The translations under genes and the position numbers were made by a program. Shown piece after piece: positions 14,048 through 51,597 of a stretch of 64,000 nucleotides of DNA. The notes under the pieces are model-generated. The model did no database searches, was not told where the DNA came from, and worked only from the letters and a program-made list of their open reading frames with translations. This DNA comes from Chrysomallon squamiferum (lineage: Eukaryota > Animalia > Mollusca), in the NCBI GenBank assembly GCA_012295275.1, contig CM022676.1:12338001-12402000 (forward strand). Direction: 5' to 3'. Every line of letters starts with the position of its first letter. Positions within the stretch are counted from its first letter, which is position 1.

Positions 14048-14087
<40 letters not shown>

Positions 14088-14290
14088 TTATTTCATTTCT
14101 TTTCTTTTTTTATTGTTATTTTGTTTTAAAATTAAGGTTTACACCGGTGCAACAATTATGGTGGATCTTTACAAAATACACACAAGATGGCAACAGTTCG
14201 GCGAAATCGAGGGAGTGGCTTTATATCAGTTACATTGGAAATGATGTTTGTAGATGAGTGTAACTTTTATTAATATTATAATTATAATCA
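11958..14290. repeat. Recent ~1.16-kb tandem segmental duplication (copies ~11958-13110 and ~13107-14290)
   Basis: Near-identical colinear blocks, for example aagtaaatcactgattaatc, cagttcggcgaaactgagag, gatgaagaaaaccggac and tttacaccggtgcaacaattatggtggatc are present in both copies. Confidence 0.95.
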
Positions 14291-14632
14291 GAACAGAGAT
14301 GTGTTAATAAGACAAATTTTCCGGTTATTATAATATTATTTAAGTTGTAATATATTCTTCCTTTTTCCTCAGTCAACCTTTGGCCTTTGTCCCGGTTTTA
14401 CGCGTTACTTAGGTAATCAAAGTCCGTTAGTTCGGCGATTTCCTGCCTGGACCAGTTGAAATATTTCGTTTACTTCCTTGTTTGTTGTTTCTATAGTATT
14501 GTTATCGAACAAAGCTATTTTTGTTGTTTCTATACGCGCGTTATCCTTCTTTATCAGTTTACATCCTGTACACGTTTATCTAAATAGGTCAAACTACAAC
14601 ACGCCAGGTTTCCAGTGTTTAATAATTAAATT

Positions 14633-14667
<35 letters not shown>

Positions 14668-14729
14668 TTGTAAAAGCTAAAAAAAAAAAAAAAAAAATAA
14701 AAACATAAAAATATTGCAGCTACTGAAGA

Positions 14730-14732
<3 letters not shown>

Positions 14733-14811
<79 letters not shown>
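14733..14811. repeat. (TC)n microsatellite
   Basis: Direct inspection. Confidence 0.95.
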
Positions 14812-14816
<5 letters not shown>

Positions 14817-14947
14817 TGTCTTGAACAATGAAAAATATTGTAATGTAATGTAATATAATATGTTGATAATGACACGGACTGAACTTTTTCTGCTTGATGT
14901 GCGCAACTAACAATGACAACAACAACGACGACGACGACAACAACAGC

Positions 14948-14988
<41 letters not shown>

Positions 14989-15859
14989 AAAGCACTGAAA
15001 AAGAACATAATCATGAAAATGGTATTAATGCCTTGAACAATTCATATAATTACTGTTGAAAGATAATATAATATAATATAATATAATAGCATATTTTGAT
15101 AATGACATGAACTGGATTTGTTCTGCTTGATGTGCGCTGTCATCAGTGACAGGCACTAAAAATATTTTGTTCCTGGTCCGTCACTATGTAAGTTTAATCT
15201 CCGGGATTCAAATATCAAAAAAGTGGAAAACTAGGTGTTTCCCCGGTCTATATCCAACCAATCAGCCTGTCTGTGTGTGTGATAGCAACTAGGAAGTTTT
15301 TATCTCTTTGTTTGCCCCACAAGGTGACCTGAATTTTTCTTTTCTTTTTTTTTATTTTCCCCACTTATCTCTCTGTCTCTGCCCCCCCTCCCCCGGCCTC
15401 TTTCTATTTCATCGTGAAGTATTCCTCTTCACTTAATCATGCCTTGTCATGTTTGTTATAAATAATATTTATTTTGTCAAGTGGTGCATTACAATACTGT
15501 TCCCGTTTTACAAAAAAATAAATGAATAAATAAATAAATAAATAAATACTTGTGATACTGAATAGTAGATAGTAATTCCATCTTAACATGATTTGTTGTG
15601 AGAAAATATGAGAAAAATAAAATTATGTTTCTTAACTCCAGACTTATTTTTTTTTTTGTATTTATATTTATTATTGTTGTTTTCGTTTTAAAGTCGTGAC
15701 ATAATATTAATTTAACAATTAAGTTTAATTTGCTAACAGCAGTCACCTGAGATCTCAGTGGGAAAATTTACATTCGGTTTACGAGGCCACAAATGTTCGA
15801 CAGATACAGTATTTTATTTTATCAGTTCATGAGAAACAGAAGTTTGATGTTTTAAAAAT

Positions 15860-16150
15860 ATGACAGGGCGCAGTCACGTTATGTACCATCTGCTCATACT
15901 GAAATGATAACATATGTTTGTATGAGTCATTGTGTCAGACTGTGTGTGTGTGAGTGTGTGCACGCGCGTTGCGAGAGAGAGACGGAGAGTGAGTGCTTGA
16001 TCAATCATCCAATTTCCCGTTCCAGTCAGTGGTATGTTGATCCTGTCTGTGAAAACCGCGTTGTTGTTAATCAAATAACTTATTTTAGTCGTCGCCACAT
16101 TTTCTCTGTCAGTCTGAAACTTAACAGCACAAGATGACTGACAGAAACTG
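15860..16150 (+). promoter_or_regulatory. CpG-enriched promoter-like segment with a possible short first exon (aagATG ACT GAC AGA AAC TG|gtaaa, 16134-16150)
   Basis: Local excess of CpG (cacgcgcgttgcg, accgcg, gtcgtcgcc), CCAAT near 16009, ATG in good context followed by a donor-like site. No downstream exon was identified. Confidence 0.3.
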
Positions 16151-17141
16151 GTAAAATAAATTTCTTCTTGTTAACATGTGAACTGTCGTCTGCTGCGTTA
16201 TCACTCTATAGTAATAAATAAATAAATAAATACATAACAAATAAACAAGTCAACAAAGAAACAAAGGAAGAGAAAGAAGGAAAAAGATAAAAATAAGGAA
16301 AGAAAAAGCATAAATAGCACAACTATTTTTCCTCTCTTTCTTAACTGATTTCGTGTTTCATCCGCTCGAAAACGACGGAAAACCATTGTAATTATAATTT
16401 CCTTTGTTGTTACAAACTGTCACGTCATTTCTTTTTATATCATCTTTTTTGTTTGTCTGAAATAATGTTATACCAAGATCCTGGTCTGTTTGTGCCATGA
16501 ATGCATTGATCGTTTTTTTAATTTTTATTTTTAACTCTTACCATATCATTCGAAATGCGTCCTGTTCGATACAGGGAAGTTCTTTTATTGAAGGAATAAA
16601 AAATATATAAAAATGATTTTGGTATTGATTTAGGTGCGTTTAGGGACATAAATATATCTTTATGTCATATGCAACATTTCTGTGAAGTCATGTAGTTTCA
16701 ACAGACAGAGATGCTATTTTAAAACATGACCCACAAAATTAGTCATAGTATTATTATTAATGGATTATACTCCAGACTCTATTGACAAGTTTTTATTCAT
16801 ACTGAATTGCGTTATTTGAAGTAATTGTTATACAAAATACAGCAGTAACACTGTATGCTGGGCGTAGTCTTTTTACTTTTCACTATACTAATTGAACTAT
16901 ATAACGTGCAGCAGTCAGTGCTTGAAGCTTTTCTGTCCAACATTTTAAAAAGCCTTCAGTTTGCAATTATACTCATTTGACATTAAACTCACTGGAACAC
17001 TTTAATAGTGGTGGGGCGGTAACATAGGTGGAGGGGAGTTGCTGTATCTTCCATATGATCTCCACTAGCACCCAACATAATTTCCACTTTTAATTTTAAT
17101 ACACTAATTACTTTTGTTAACCGTTCGTCTGCACAACTGCA

Positions 17142-17181
<40 letters not shown>

Positions 17182-17546
17182 CGTATGAAGAAACCAATGC
17201 ACACACGCAAACACTCATACATAAACAAACACACGTATGCATGTATGCACACATATACAAACACACATACACGTACATGCATATAGATGCACATGTATTT
17301 AGATATATTATATATGCATATAAAAATACACAGAAATACACGCGCACACAGAAACACACCACCACGATTTAAATGTCAGCCCCTCCTATCAGAAATGATG
17401 GAACTGCCGTTGTTAGAGATTCGTACAAGGAAAATTATTGTAATGTTGTTCCTGGTTATACAATCACCTAGGCTGTTACAGTGAATATGACAAAGCAGTA
17501 TTTGTCAGCGTTTTATTTTTAGTTCAGTTTTTACTTCCTTTTTCTT

Positions 17547-17651
<105 letters not shown>

Positions 17652-18463
17652 CACAAACATACACACACAATTAACTGTTCTTTAAAACATAAACATAAAC
17701 AGCTGCACTGATGTCTGTATTTTTCATCTGTGACAACCTTCATGAAATCAATAGCGTGCACTTTGTGTAGAAAGCTGTGATCAATACGTACACTCAGTCT
17801 GAAACTCGTATGTCAGTGTGACTCGTTGTTGCCTGGACAAACTCAAACATTCATGAGAAATGTAACACTCTCCTTGCTTTTCGTTGTGATCTTGACTGAA
17901 TGCATGAACAACACGCAAAACACAAAGGAGAAACAGGGATCTGGAGTTAACTGAATAAAATGTAGCAACACCGAGTTGAAAATTAAACAAAATAAAAATA
18001 ACAAAATAAAAAATAAATTTAACTCTTTTTTTCTAAATGAAACTGATACTACTTCATTATTAACTTCCATTAACAAAATTCACATAAATGTAAAATAAAT
18101 AAATAAATAAATAAAGTAAAAACACATTTATGTTTCATAATACAAATAAAGCCAGATTGTGATCAATAAAGTGACTCATTAATCCCCTAATTTCCATGGC
18201 AACAAATACTGAATGAAATTGAGGACAGCTGTTAACGTAGCTGTCATGTTACAGAGAGCAGTGAGTAATAATACTGCTTGTCTGACTGCGTACAGGAAAA
18301 AACATTGTGAAATATGAAACTCAGAGAAAAAAATCAGCAGAAAAACCCTCACTAGAGTTAAAAAGAAGTTACATAACAGAAACATTAAACTGTTAGCTAG
18401 TTATTTTTTGTCAACTGAAGACTGTAGCTGATTTTACAAGCTCAAAATAAAATTAACTGTTCT

Positions 18464-18518
<55 letters not shown>

Positions 18519-19288
18519 AATAAGAAAAGAAAAAAATATATATCTTTAATAAAATTTATTACATATGTAAATACTATAGCAGTCATTTAACTAATAACGA
18601 AATCACAGGTATAATAGGACTATAAAGATGTAATATGGCACATATTTTAACAACAGAGACAATGGAATCGGGAAATGAAGCAAATTTTTACTTTTAAGTT
18701 CACGTTTGCTTTTATATATTCATAAAATACTTTAATAAATTCTGAAATTAAAATATTGTACAACATATACAAACAATTTTTGTAAATACATTTGCATTAT
18801 GTAAATAAATACCATTACATAATATATGTGTTTCCATGGTCTCTGTTAGAATATTATACATATGAACAATTCTTAAAAATGTAATAAATACTGTGATAGT
18901 AAAAATGAACTGAATCATCATGAATCAGTTTTACATTTGAAAGAAATAATAAATTTAAAACTGATCTGAAACCTATTTTAAAAGATAATTAGATACAAAA
19001 ACTGCATCATTTTAATATTTATATAAAATAGAACAATATTAAATGAAATTACAGATTTTACATTATGACTGATAATGAATTTAAAATTGTTCAAAATAGA
19101 TGAGGTTTAAAATAAAAATAAATGAAACAAAATATAATTTATATTTAACATTTACAAACATTAATGATTTCAGTATAAACATTTGTATGTAAATTTCAAA
19201 AATATAAAAAACTCAAATCCATATAAAATAATCAAAGTTACAAATGTAAAGTATAACATATTTATTCTTTATATCCAGTAAAAAAGAA

Positions 19289-19832
19289 CCTTGAAAATAT
19301 AAATTATATAAATGATTTTAATATGTAAACAGAAAAACCCCAAATAATAAGTAAAAAAAAACAAAAAAAAAAAAAAGCAAACACAAAAAAATATTTAGAG
19401 AGTAAAAAAAATAAAACCCCATAAAAAAAACCTGCAATAAAACCAAGACAGAAAAACAACAACAACATTATATAGTGGAAATCTATAACACTGCATCCAA
19501 TAAATGTAGTAAAAGATTATGTAAAATTATGTCAGTTATTAAATTAAAAAACTTGAAAATATAAATTATCTAAATTATTATAATATGTAAACAGAAAAAC
19601 CCCAAATAATAAGTAAAAAAAAAAAAAAAAAATAATAATAACCAACAAAAAACTCAAAAGAAAAACCACAAAAAAAAAAAAAAAAAATATGTTGAGTAAA
19701 AAAAATAAAAAAAATAAAAACCCATAAAAAAACCTGCAATAAAACCAAGACAGAAAAACAACAACAACCTTATATAGTGCAAATCTATAAATGTAAGTAA
19801 AAGGTTATGTAAAATTATGTCAGTTATTAAAT
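19289..19832. repeat. ~260-bp tandem duplication, probably in the 3' UTR of gene 2
   Basis: cttgaaaatataaattat...gtaaacagaaaaaccccaaataataag...cctgcaataaaaccaagacagaaaaacaac...ttatgtaaaattatgtcagttattaaat occurs twice. Confidence 0.9.
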
Positions 19833-20637
19833 AAATTTCCCCTGTGCCCAAAACATTTCAACTTGTTAGGAACCACAACAAAAACATCACTAACTGTTTT
19901 AGTGAAAACAACAGATACAATGTGAGTAAAAACTTATTAAAAACACCATTTAAAAAAAAGATTTTTTAATAATAATAATAATAATGTTTCTAAACATGAC
20001 AGATATTTTTTAGGTTTGTATTTATTTTACTATTTAATGTAATCAAGAAATGTAAATTAATTTCTATATGTGAGCAATACCTTCTAGATTTGAATATTAT
20101 TTAGATTTGCATATTTTCTAAATTTGTTATAAATCAGAAAAATGTGTTCTAGAAATGTAACATAACACAAAAGTGGCAACATTCTAAATGTGTAATTTTT
20201 GTCTAGACTTGCTTTAAGTTCTAAATGTGAATAATGTGTTACAGAAATGTGTAACAAACTCTAGTACAATTAAGATATTCAACATTTATGTAATGTTCAC
20301 AAATCTGTGAAGGAAAAATAGCACATAATACAAATGCTGATGAACTTCTAACAAACTTAGATGACTAATATTATGTAACTGTTAAAACAAATATAAACTG
20401 AGTATTGACAACATTAAAATGTGTAAATATGTGTGCATAATAATTTAGTTAGGAAAGGTGTACATATTTAAAAAACATCTGTCTATTTTATTTCTGAATT
20501 AAATCCACATAAACACTGTGTGATGTAAAATAGATGGGTAATGTATCACAGATGAGTAGCAATGCACATGCATGCATGTAAACCATACACATGCACATAC
20601 ATAGACACATATAAACACATGTATTTAGTTATTCAAA

Positions 20638-20687
<50 letters not shown>

Positions 20688-21998
20688 GGAGAATCAAGTA
20701 GATTTAACCTTACACTGACAAAGTGAACAAAAAACTATTTTAAATGTTGTTCTCTGATTTCAGAAATGTTAGAAGAAATCAGTAAGTGGGAAATACCACA
20801 CCTGCATGATCTTGTTATCTAATTTCTTATTTCTGTTGGGATAGCTGTCATATATCAGTTTTGTGTTCTAAATATAAAATAAAAAATAATAATGTAGATG
20901 AATTTAATTAATTAAAAAGGCTTCTGTTATTTCAATAATACTAACAGTAATGAAACTTGTAACAGCACAATGGAGTTGTTGTTTATAGTAAATAACAGGA
21001 TATTTTTCCAAAGATGCACACACTTGAAGAAGAAATAATTATAATAAAAAATAAACAGTTTTCACTTGAATTATAAATCTGTAAAATTGTGATATATAAT
21101 AATAAATTATTATTTTTTTTAAATCTTAAATTTAGCATTCAATAATTTAAATGTTATAATTCTTTTTTCTTTTTAAAATCAGTACTGTAATTTGTAAAAA
21201 TTGTAAAATTCAAGTTGCCTCATGTAGAGTTAAGACAGACAAATAGGTGATATAAAGATAAAGACATTCTGTGCAGGAGGTGATCACAGGTCAAACACGA
21301 GAAAGACAGCAGAGACAAAGATTAGAAACTTGACACAGAGTCTCTTGTGTTCTACTTCTCAGATAACACAACTCTGCTTAACATGAACAGTGAACTTTGA
21401 CCTGTGTTGTTTAACCCACACAGCTTAGATTTAATCTCTGCCCAGATAACAACAACTACAGATATTAAACTGGTGACATTATAGTACTTTAGATAGTATT
21501 AGAAAAATTAAATAAAATAAAAATGTATTAGTAACTTCTGAGTTAAATTATTATAACATTTAAAGCTCAAAATTTTCAGGTAGCAGAAAACAAACAAAAA
21601 CCTAAAAATGTTAACTGACAAGAAACAGCTTTGTTTTGCATTACCATAAACTAATTGAAAAAAAAATGATGATTTATTTGACATATTTAGGACATTTTAT
21701 ATTATATTTTTGTTTAAGATGACAATCATTTTTTTTTTTTTTAAAGTTAGTTTTCATTTAGTATTAACATTTTAACAGGAATATTGCTTCCAGTCAACAA
21801 AGTAAATTACAAGCCTTGGTTGCCTTAACAACATGATTTTACTGAGAAATCAAAATAAAATATCTTTTAAAATTTATAACATTAATCTATTTACTAACTG
21901 AAAATAAGTTTAAAAGATTAATGTTGATCAGTCTCTGATCATAAGTAACTAACAGTTTAAAGTTTCTGATTTTCTGTTGTGTCCGATTCTTTAGATTT

Positions 21999-46055
<24,057 letters not shown>

Positions 46056-48963
46056 TTAATTCTGTTAGGCAATAAATATCACTTCTGAAAGAGAAAAATA
46101 GAAATTTTTAAATATTAATTTCAAATTAAGAAACATTTTTAAAAACTTATCTTATATCTGCCAAATAATTAATTAAAAAAAAAAAGGATCAAAGTTGCAT
46201 GTATAAAAAGATCAATTTTAAATTTTGACCATTGAAATAATCCAGCATGCCACCTATATTTTAACATAACATATTTAATTTAAAATTAGATACTGTTTGT
46301 TTATAAATAAGTTTATAAAACTATAAATACTTTTTAAATAAATATAGGCCAACCTAGCTGCATCTTAACAGGAAATCATGGATTGGGAATAAATGCTTTT
46401 TAGAAAATTCTGAGGACTCCAGATATCAGAAACTGCATTGAAGACTTCTTTTTAAATTTAATGTTTTTGACTGAGAGAGGCATCCAATATTTGAATCACA
46501 ATATGGATCAGTAAGTCTAATCTGTGAAACAAAGGATCTGTTATGAATTTAACAGAAATAAACTTTTGTTTGATAACTGGAGGAAGTAACACAATCATAT
46601 AGAAAAGACAATTTTAAACATTTAAGTATTTTTGTTTCCAGAGATGAAAAATATAATAAATAAATAACTGAAATAAGTTTCAGGTAACTGATTACATATG
46701 ACAAAACATGATACAGAAATAAGTAGGCTCAAAAGTTTTATACTTCTTATTACTCTATTTACATATTCACTAATAATAAATAAAAAACATTAGCTAGTGC
46801 ACTGATGGCATCTAAAATGTGCAGTTTTCAAAAAATTTCTACAAGTTATATAATAATATTTTGTTCATTTATGTCACATATTTCAAATACCCTGTTATGG
46901 AACTACCTTGTTACATATTTGAAAACCAGTACTGTCCTAAATGGTTCTTAACTACATGTATGTTTATTATTTTATGTTAATGTGCTATTACTATTAGTAA
47001 ACCTCTTGCACACTGCAGATCTTACTCTCTTTATTTACAGAAAACCTTTTCAGCTATTGCCAATCCTTGAGTAATGCCAAGTTTTCTCTACATCCTAGCT
47101 TATACTTTTATAGCAATATTTAGGCTCTACAAATTTTGTCAAACAAAAACAATTTTCTACACATTCTTAGTAAGAATATTTTGTACAGGTCAGTATTATA
47201 AAGGTGTCTGAATTTTATTTATATCTTTAATTCTAGCTTGACTTTGATATCTTAACAGAAAATGATAAATATTGCTATAAATCAACCCCCGCTCTATTAT
47301 TATATATTCTATTATGCAGCTGGGCAGTTCAACAAATACTTGTATTACATTCAGAAAGGTTCAAGCTAATTCTGACTGTCCTCATTTCTATAGTTGTACC
47401 CCCTGGAACTTGGCCATGAGTGAAAGGATTGTCCAGATATAGCAGGTATCACAATGAAAAGGGCCCTGAGATATCTATGAGCTGATGGGTAACCTGAAAT
47501 ATGTTGTGTGATGGAGCCAAAGAAACAGTCTAAATTGTTATCAGCAGCATTCTTAGAAAACCATGAGTGCACATGACATGGAAACCTTTCATACAAGTGA
47601 AAAATGTAGATGATTTCACAAGGTATCCATTCAAATTAATAGATGGCAAAGGACCAGCCTAATTTTAACATATTCTATCATATTTAGGTTTACCATAGCC
47701 TTGTATCAAAACCTATGTTCAACTGAATTTGGGAAAACCTCCAGTAAGATCAAATTCTTCAACAGTTTCCACCTCAACACTTGTCAGAATGAAGGGAACA
47801 ACCTTGATGGAAATGAGATGATTTAGCTTGAAAGCAGATCAGGAAATGATCAAAGGAAAATATCATCATTCTGCATCTTTCATCTAGTGGTAATCAGTGA
47901 AACAATCGTTTTGCTAAAGATGCTAAATGACTAAGTGAATAAAAAATGTTCTTTACTTATAGGAATGTCATGGATGTTACTGCACCCACTTTCTCCTGTA
48001 ATTCAAAACAAACTGATATATTCTTAATTTTGTCTTGTCTCATGTTAAGATAATTTGAAGAAGAAAAAAAATGATTATATATCTTCATATTTTCTCCTCA
48101 CATAAACATTTAATTTTTTTTTAGAAGGATGTTAAAGTGACTGAGCACATTACTCTAATTCAAACATACTAAAACAATCTCAATGCAAAAAGTCCATAAA
48201 ACAATTATAATCTTAAATATTTTGTGATCAACATATCAAGGCAATCAGAATTGTTTCCTGTTACCAGTATGGATGTTTTTTCTTTAGATTTACCTTTTCA
48301 TTAACTACTATTAATTCACATATCCCGAATTAACCTTGTGTGAGTATTTAATGTCATGTAAATAATACTACAGTTGTTTTCATAAAATGGGCAATCTATT
48401 CAGCGTTATAAAGTGTTTCATTTTCAATAATTACCAAAAGAACCACCTGACATTCAAATATGACAAACAATTTTGCTAAATTTTTGTAACATAAATTAAT
48501 ATATCATACAAATCATTCACTTTTGAAAACTTTTTGAAACTGTTGTCTTTAACTAATCATTTTCAATACACATTCCACTTTAATTTTTAATTTTGAAAAC
48601 TTTTAAACTGCTTCTGTAGAATCATTAACACATCCATTAAATTTGATTTTGACTTTAAAACTAAAAGTACTTTGGTTTTCAATATAGATCAGTTATAAAA
48701 GAAATTCAATAAATAAATGAAATGTTTTACATTAACAATTTATAAATTATACTTAAAACATAAACAAAAATGAATTTATAATGTATTACATCTCCAAAAG
48801 TTGTAAAACATCTGCTAACAAGGCTCAGGCCGAAACTTCAAGATTATTTAATTATTTTAAGTAAACGAAAACAGTTAAAAGAAAGCAGTGAAAATAATGA
48901 TGGAAATTTGAATTTATTTTGCAGTAAATACTGATGTTTTATCATATTATAAATTACATAATA

Positions 48964-49007
<44 letters not shown>

Positions 49008-49036
49008 GATTAACAAATAAATAAATTTCTAAACTA

Positions 49037-49118
49037 AATAAAACAGTTCTAATTTTATCAATTCTGCAACCGCGGGTTGCTACGAATAAAACAGTTCTAA
49101 TTTTATCAATTCTGCAAT
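49037..49118. repeat. ~33-bp direct repeat separated by a 15-bp GC-rich spacer
   Basis: aataaaacagttctaattttatcaattctgcaa occurs twice, flanking ccgcgggttgctacg. Confidence 0.9.
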
Positions 49119-49153
49119 TCTTGAAATCAACCTTAAAATGTGTACAAACTTAC

Positions 49154-49290
49154 CAATTTCAGAAATCAACAAGAACGAACACTTCACTTTGTCGAATGCA
49201 GAAACTAACTGGTTGTCTAGAACAACTTCGCTACTGCAAAATATGTGACGTGTCGATAAGTCTATTCGGGACGTATATTAAAAAACAGAA
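49154..49290 (-). promoter_or_regulatory. Probable non-coding first exon and promoter of gene 2
   Basis: Consensus donor ttg|gtaagt at 49153, local CpG enrichment and a tgacgt motif near 49245. The ATG-containing exon has an acceptor, so an upstream UTR exon is required. Confidence 0.55.
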
Positions 49291-50829
49291 ACAGATAAAA
49301 ACCTAACATGTAGGGAACATCATTACGGCCTTAAGATTGTTAAGAATAAATTGCATATTATAACTGGAACTAGTTAATAATGTAACAAACGTAATTATTT
49401 ACGAAGTATCTTATTTCAGAAGAAACTGTTCTTCATGTAAACGATTGCATAATTAGATATGTGACAAAATTGTAAATTCCTCCCTTAAACGTATTTTCCC
49501 AGTCTGTGTTTGCGCTCGTCTCCACCTCACATGCCATCTCTAAAACTAGTGTTGAAGAACGTCTATTTTTTAAATTTTGCGTAAGAAAAACCTTTTGAAG
49601 AACATATTTTCCGTTATTTTTAAATTTTTCTTCTTCTTTTATGGAGATGTTTTTAATTTTATAAAGAAACCATAAAAATATATATATATAAAATAACAAA
49701 CAACAACACCAACAACAACAAAAACCATGAGTACTTTTCATTTCGAAAACCAGTGTGAAGTGTAGATCAGATATTAGCATTATTTATACAAAATCATCTA
49801 ATTTGGTGGCATGGACTGTAAAGAAAACATTGTTCCACGGTTTAGGCTCGTGGTCAAAGTGCTGCCGTTTGATCGGGTGTTATTGTTGTTGTTTTTTTTT
49901 TTGTTGTTTTTTTTTAAAAAAAAAAAAAAAAAAAAATTCTATTTCAGTATGTTAGAAGCTAATGATTCTATAAATATATAATCATTATTGTAACTTTTGT
50001 TAAGGTAAAATTATTACTTGATTTTATATATATATATATATATATTAAAGGAAGATAAAAGATTAAATGAACAACAACAAACAAACCACAAAAACAACAA
50101 CAATAACAAAGAAAATAAAAACAAGCAAAAAACAACAACAGCGATTCATTCAACGAAAACTGATTATTCTGCTGCATGGATGGATTATTGGCCTAAATAG
50201 ACAGAGGAATTCAGATGGGAAGGAAAGCTGATACAATTTGTTACCTTCAACTACAATACAAAAGCATATCCCAGAAAGAATATTCTTAATGTATCTGAGG
50301 ATTAAACTCTTAAAAAGAACTGACATTTTGTGACACAATAGTGTTTGAAACAAAAGCGACTTCATATGATATTCCTTACATTATTATCATCATCATCATC
50401 ATCATTATTATTATTATTATTATTATGTGCATAAATGCTGATTTTTCAATCAGTAATCATGTTCATTAAATACTATTGAATTCCTGACAATAGTTATTTA
50501 AATTAATATTTTCATTTCAGGTTTACAGTAAGTACAAAACAACATTTAATATTTGGAAAATCAATCTGATCGTTTGAAAAAAAAAAGAAAAAAGAGAATG
50601 CTGAGTTTTTAGTTTAGAACAGCAATCACTATAATCATGTTCTAATGCTGATGATTTAATAAATACTAGATAATATATTTTGGTATTTTTTTTTTTCAGT
50701 CAAAATATCAGCATTTTGAAGTACTTTTTTCAAAGAACAGATCTAAACAAAAGGACCTATCGGCGTTTTCACAGGTGATAATATTAGAAACGGTAGTAGA
50801 AACTTTAGCTGAATACTTTTTAATGAGTT

Positions 50830-51597
50830 GGAGATAAATCAGCATGTCTGTTTTGTCAATGGTAACGTTTAGAAGTTTCAAAAGGTCACAGAGATGAATG
50901 GAAGCTGATATATCTGAGTGTAAATATGCTACGAACACAGTAAAATGTCTAAATACAGAAGTAGCCAGTCTTTGGAAATCTTTAGTTAATTCATCAGCCA
51001 ACCTCCTACAGCCAATGCTTTACAGACAATGGAGACAACAGTCACCACCACATCAATATCTCAGTTTACTGAGCAGAAACAACAACTATACACAGAAATG
51101 AAGAAACAAAAATTCCAATGAGGACAATCTGGCCATTTATAATAATGCAGGTTAGATTAGATGACTACTGATATCTGTTAACTACAACAAAGTACAGACA
51201 GAGGTGACAGAAAGACTGTAGTTATATACTCTCAGTATAGTAACTCTGCACCAGATACTGACCGGAGAAGCCCCACCACCACAGCGTCACGTTTACAGAG
51301 ACATTACCCAGCACCTTCAGACTCTGATCACAGACTATGGCAACCAATATCACTTGGACTTCCTCCGTGGTTTTGCTCACAATCTCCAGATGTAAAAAAT
51401 GCCCCAAAAAGTATGTAACTACATGCAGTATGAAATGTTTCAAATGAACAATTTATGTTTCATATATACAATTGTCTTTTTATCTCCAGTTCATCCGTAT
51501 AAGAGATCAATTATCCTTGGCAGGGGAATTGTCACAAGGGAAAATTACCTAGAGGGAAATGACCGGGGAAATATCCAAGGTGAAATGCCCTTGAATC
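50830..51597 (+). mobile_element. Decayed, internally deleted MULE (Mutator-like) transposon
   Basis: 51231-51395 translates LSIVTLHQILTGEAPPPQRHVYRDITQHLQTLITDYGNQYHLDFLRGFAHNLQM*, resembling the C-terminus of animal MULE transposases. Upstream LYRQWRQQSPP remnant. Downstream G-rich subterminal repeats ggggaattgtc/gggaaaattacc/gggaaatgacc/ggggaaatatcc (51522-51576). Confidence 0.75.

Noticed and set aside
4047-14995. Many ORF-track entries with poly-Leu, poly-Ile, poly-Tyr or ER repeats
   Set aside because: They are translations of (TTA)n, (TAA)n, (GA)n and T-rich tracts with no supporting splice structure.
17380-17480. Frame reading IRNDGTAVVRDSYKENYCNVVPGYTIT, faintly like the middle of the gene 2 Ig domain
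   Set aside because: Too short, interrupted by a stop, and lacking usable splice sites.
47366-47620. 76-aa minus-strand ORF in the first intron of gene 2
   Set aside because: No splice sites fitting gene 2; at most a faint resemblance (PCHVHSWFSKNAADN) to a LINE reverse transcriptase fossil, too weak to call.
49037-49118. Repeat-spacer-repeat arrangement, and a 16-bp match (ttgctacgaataaaac) to the Gypsy LTR at ~57341
   Set aside because: Only two units with a 15-bp spacer; one AT-rich 16-bp match within 64 kb is compatible with chance.
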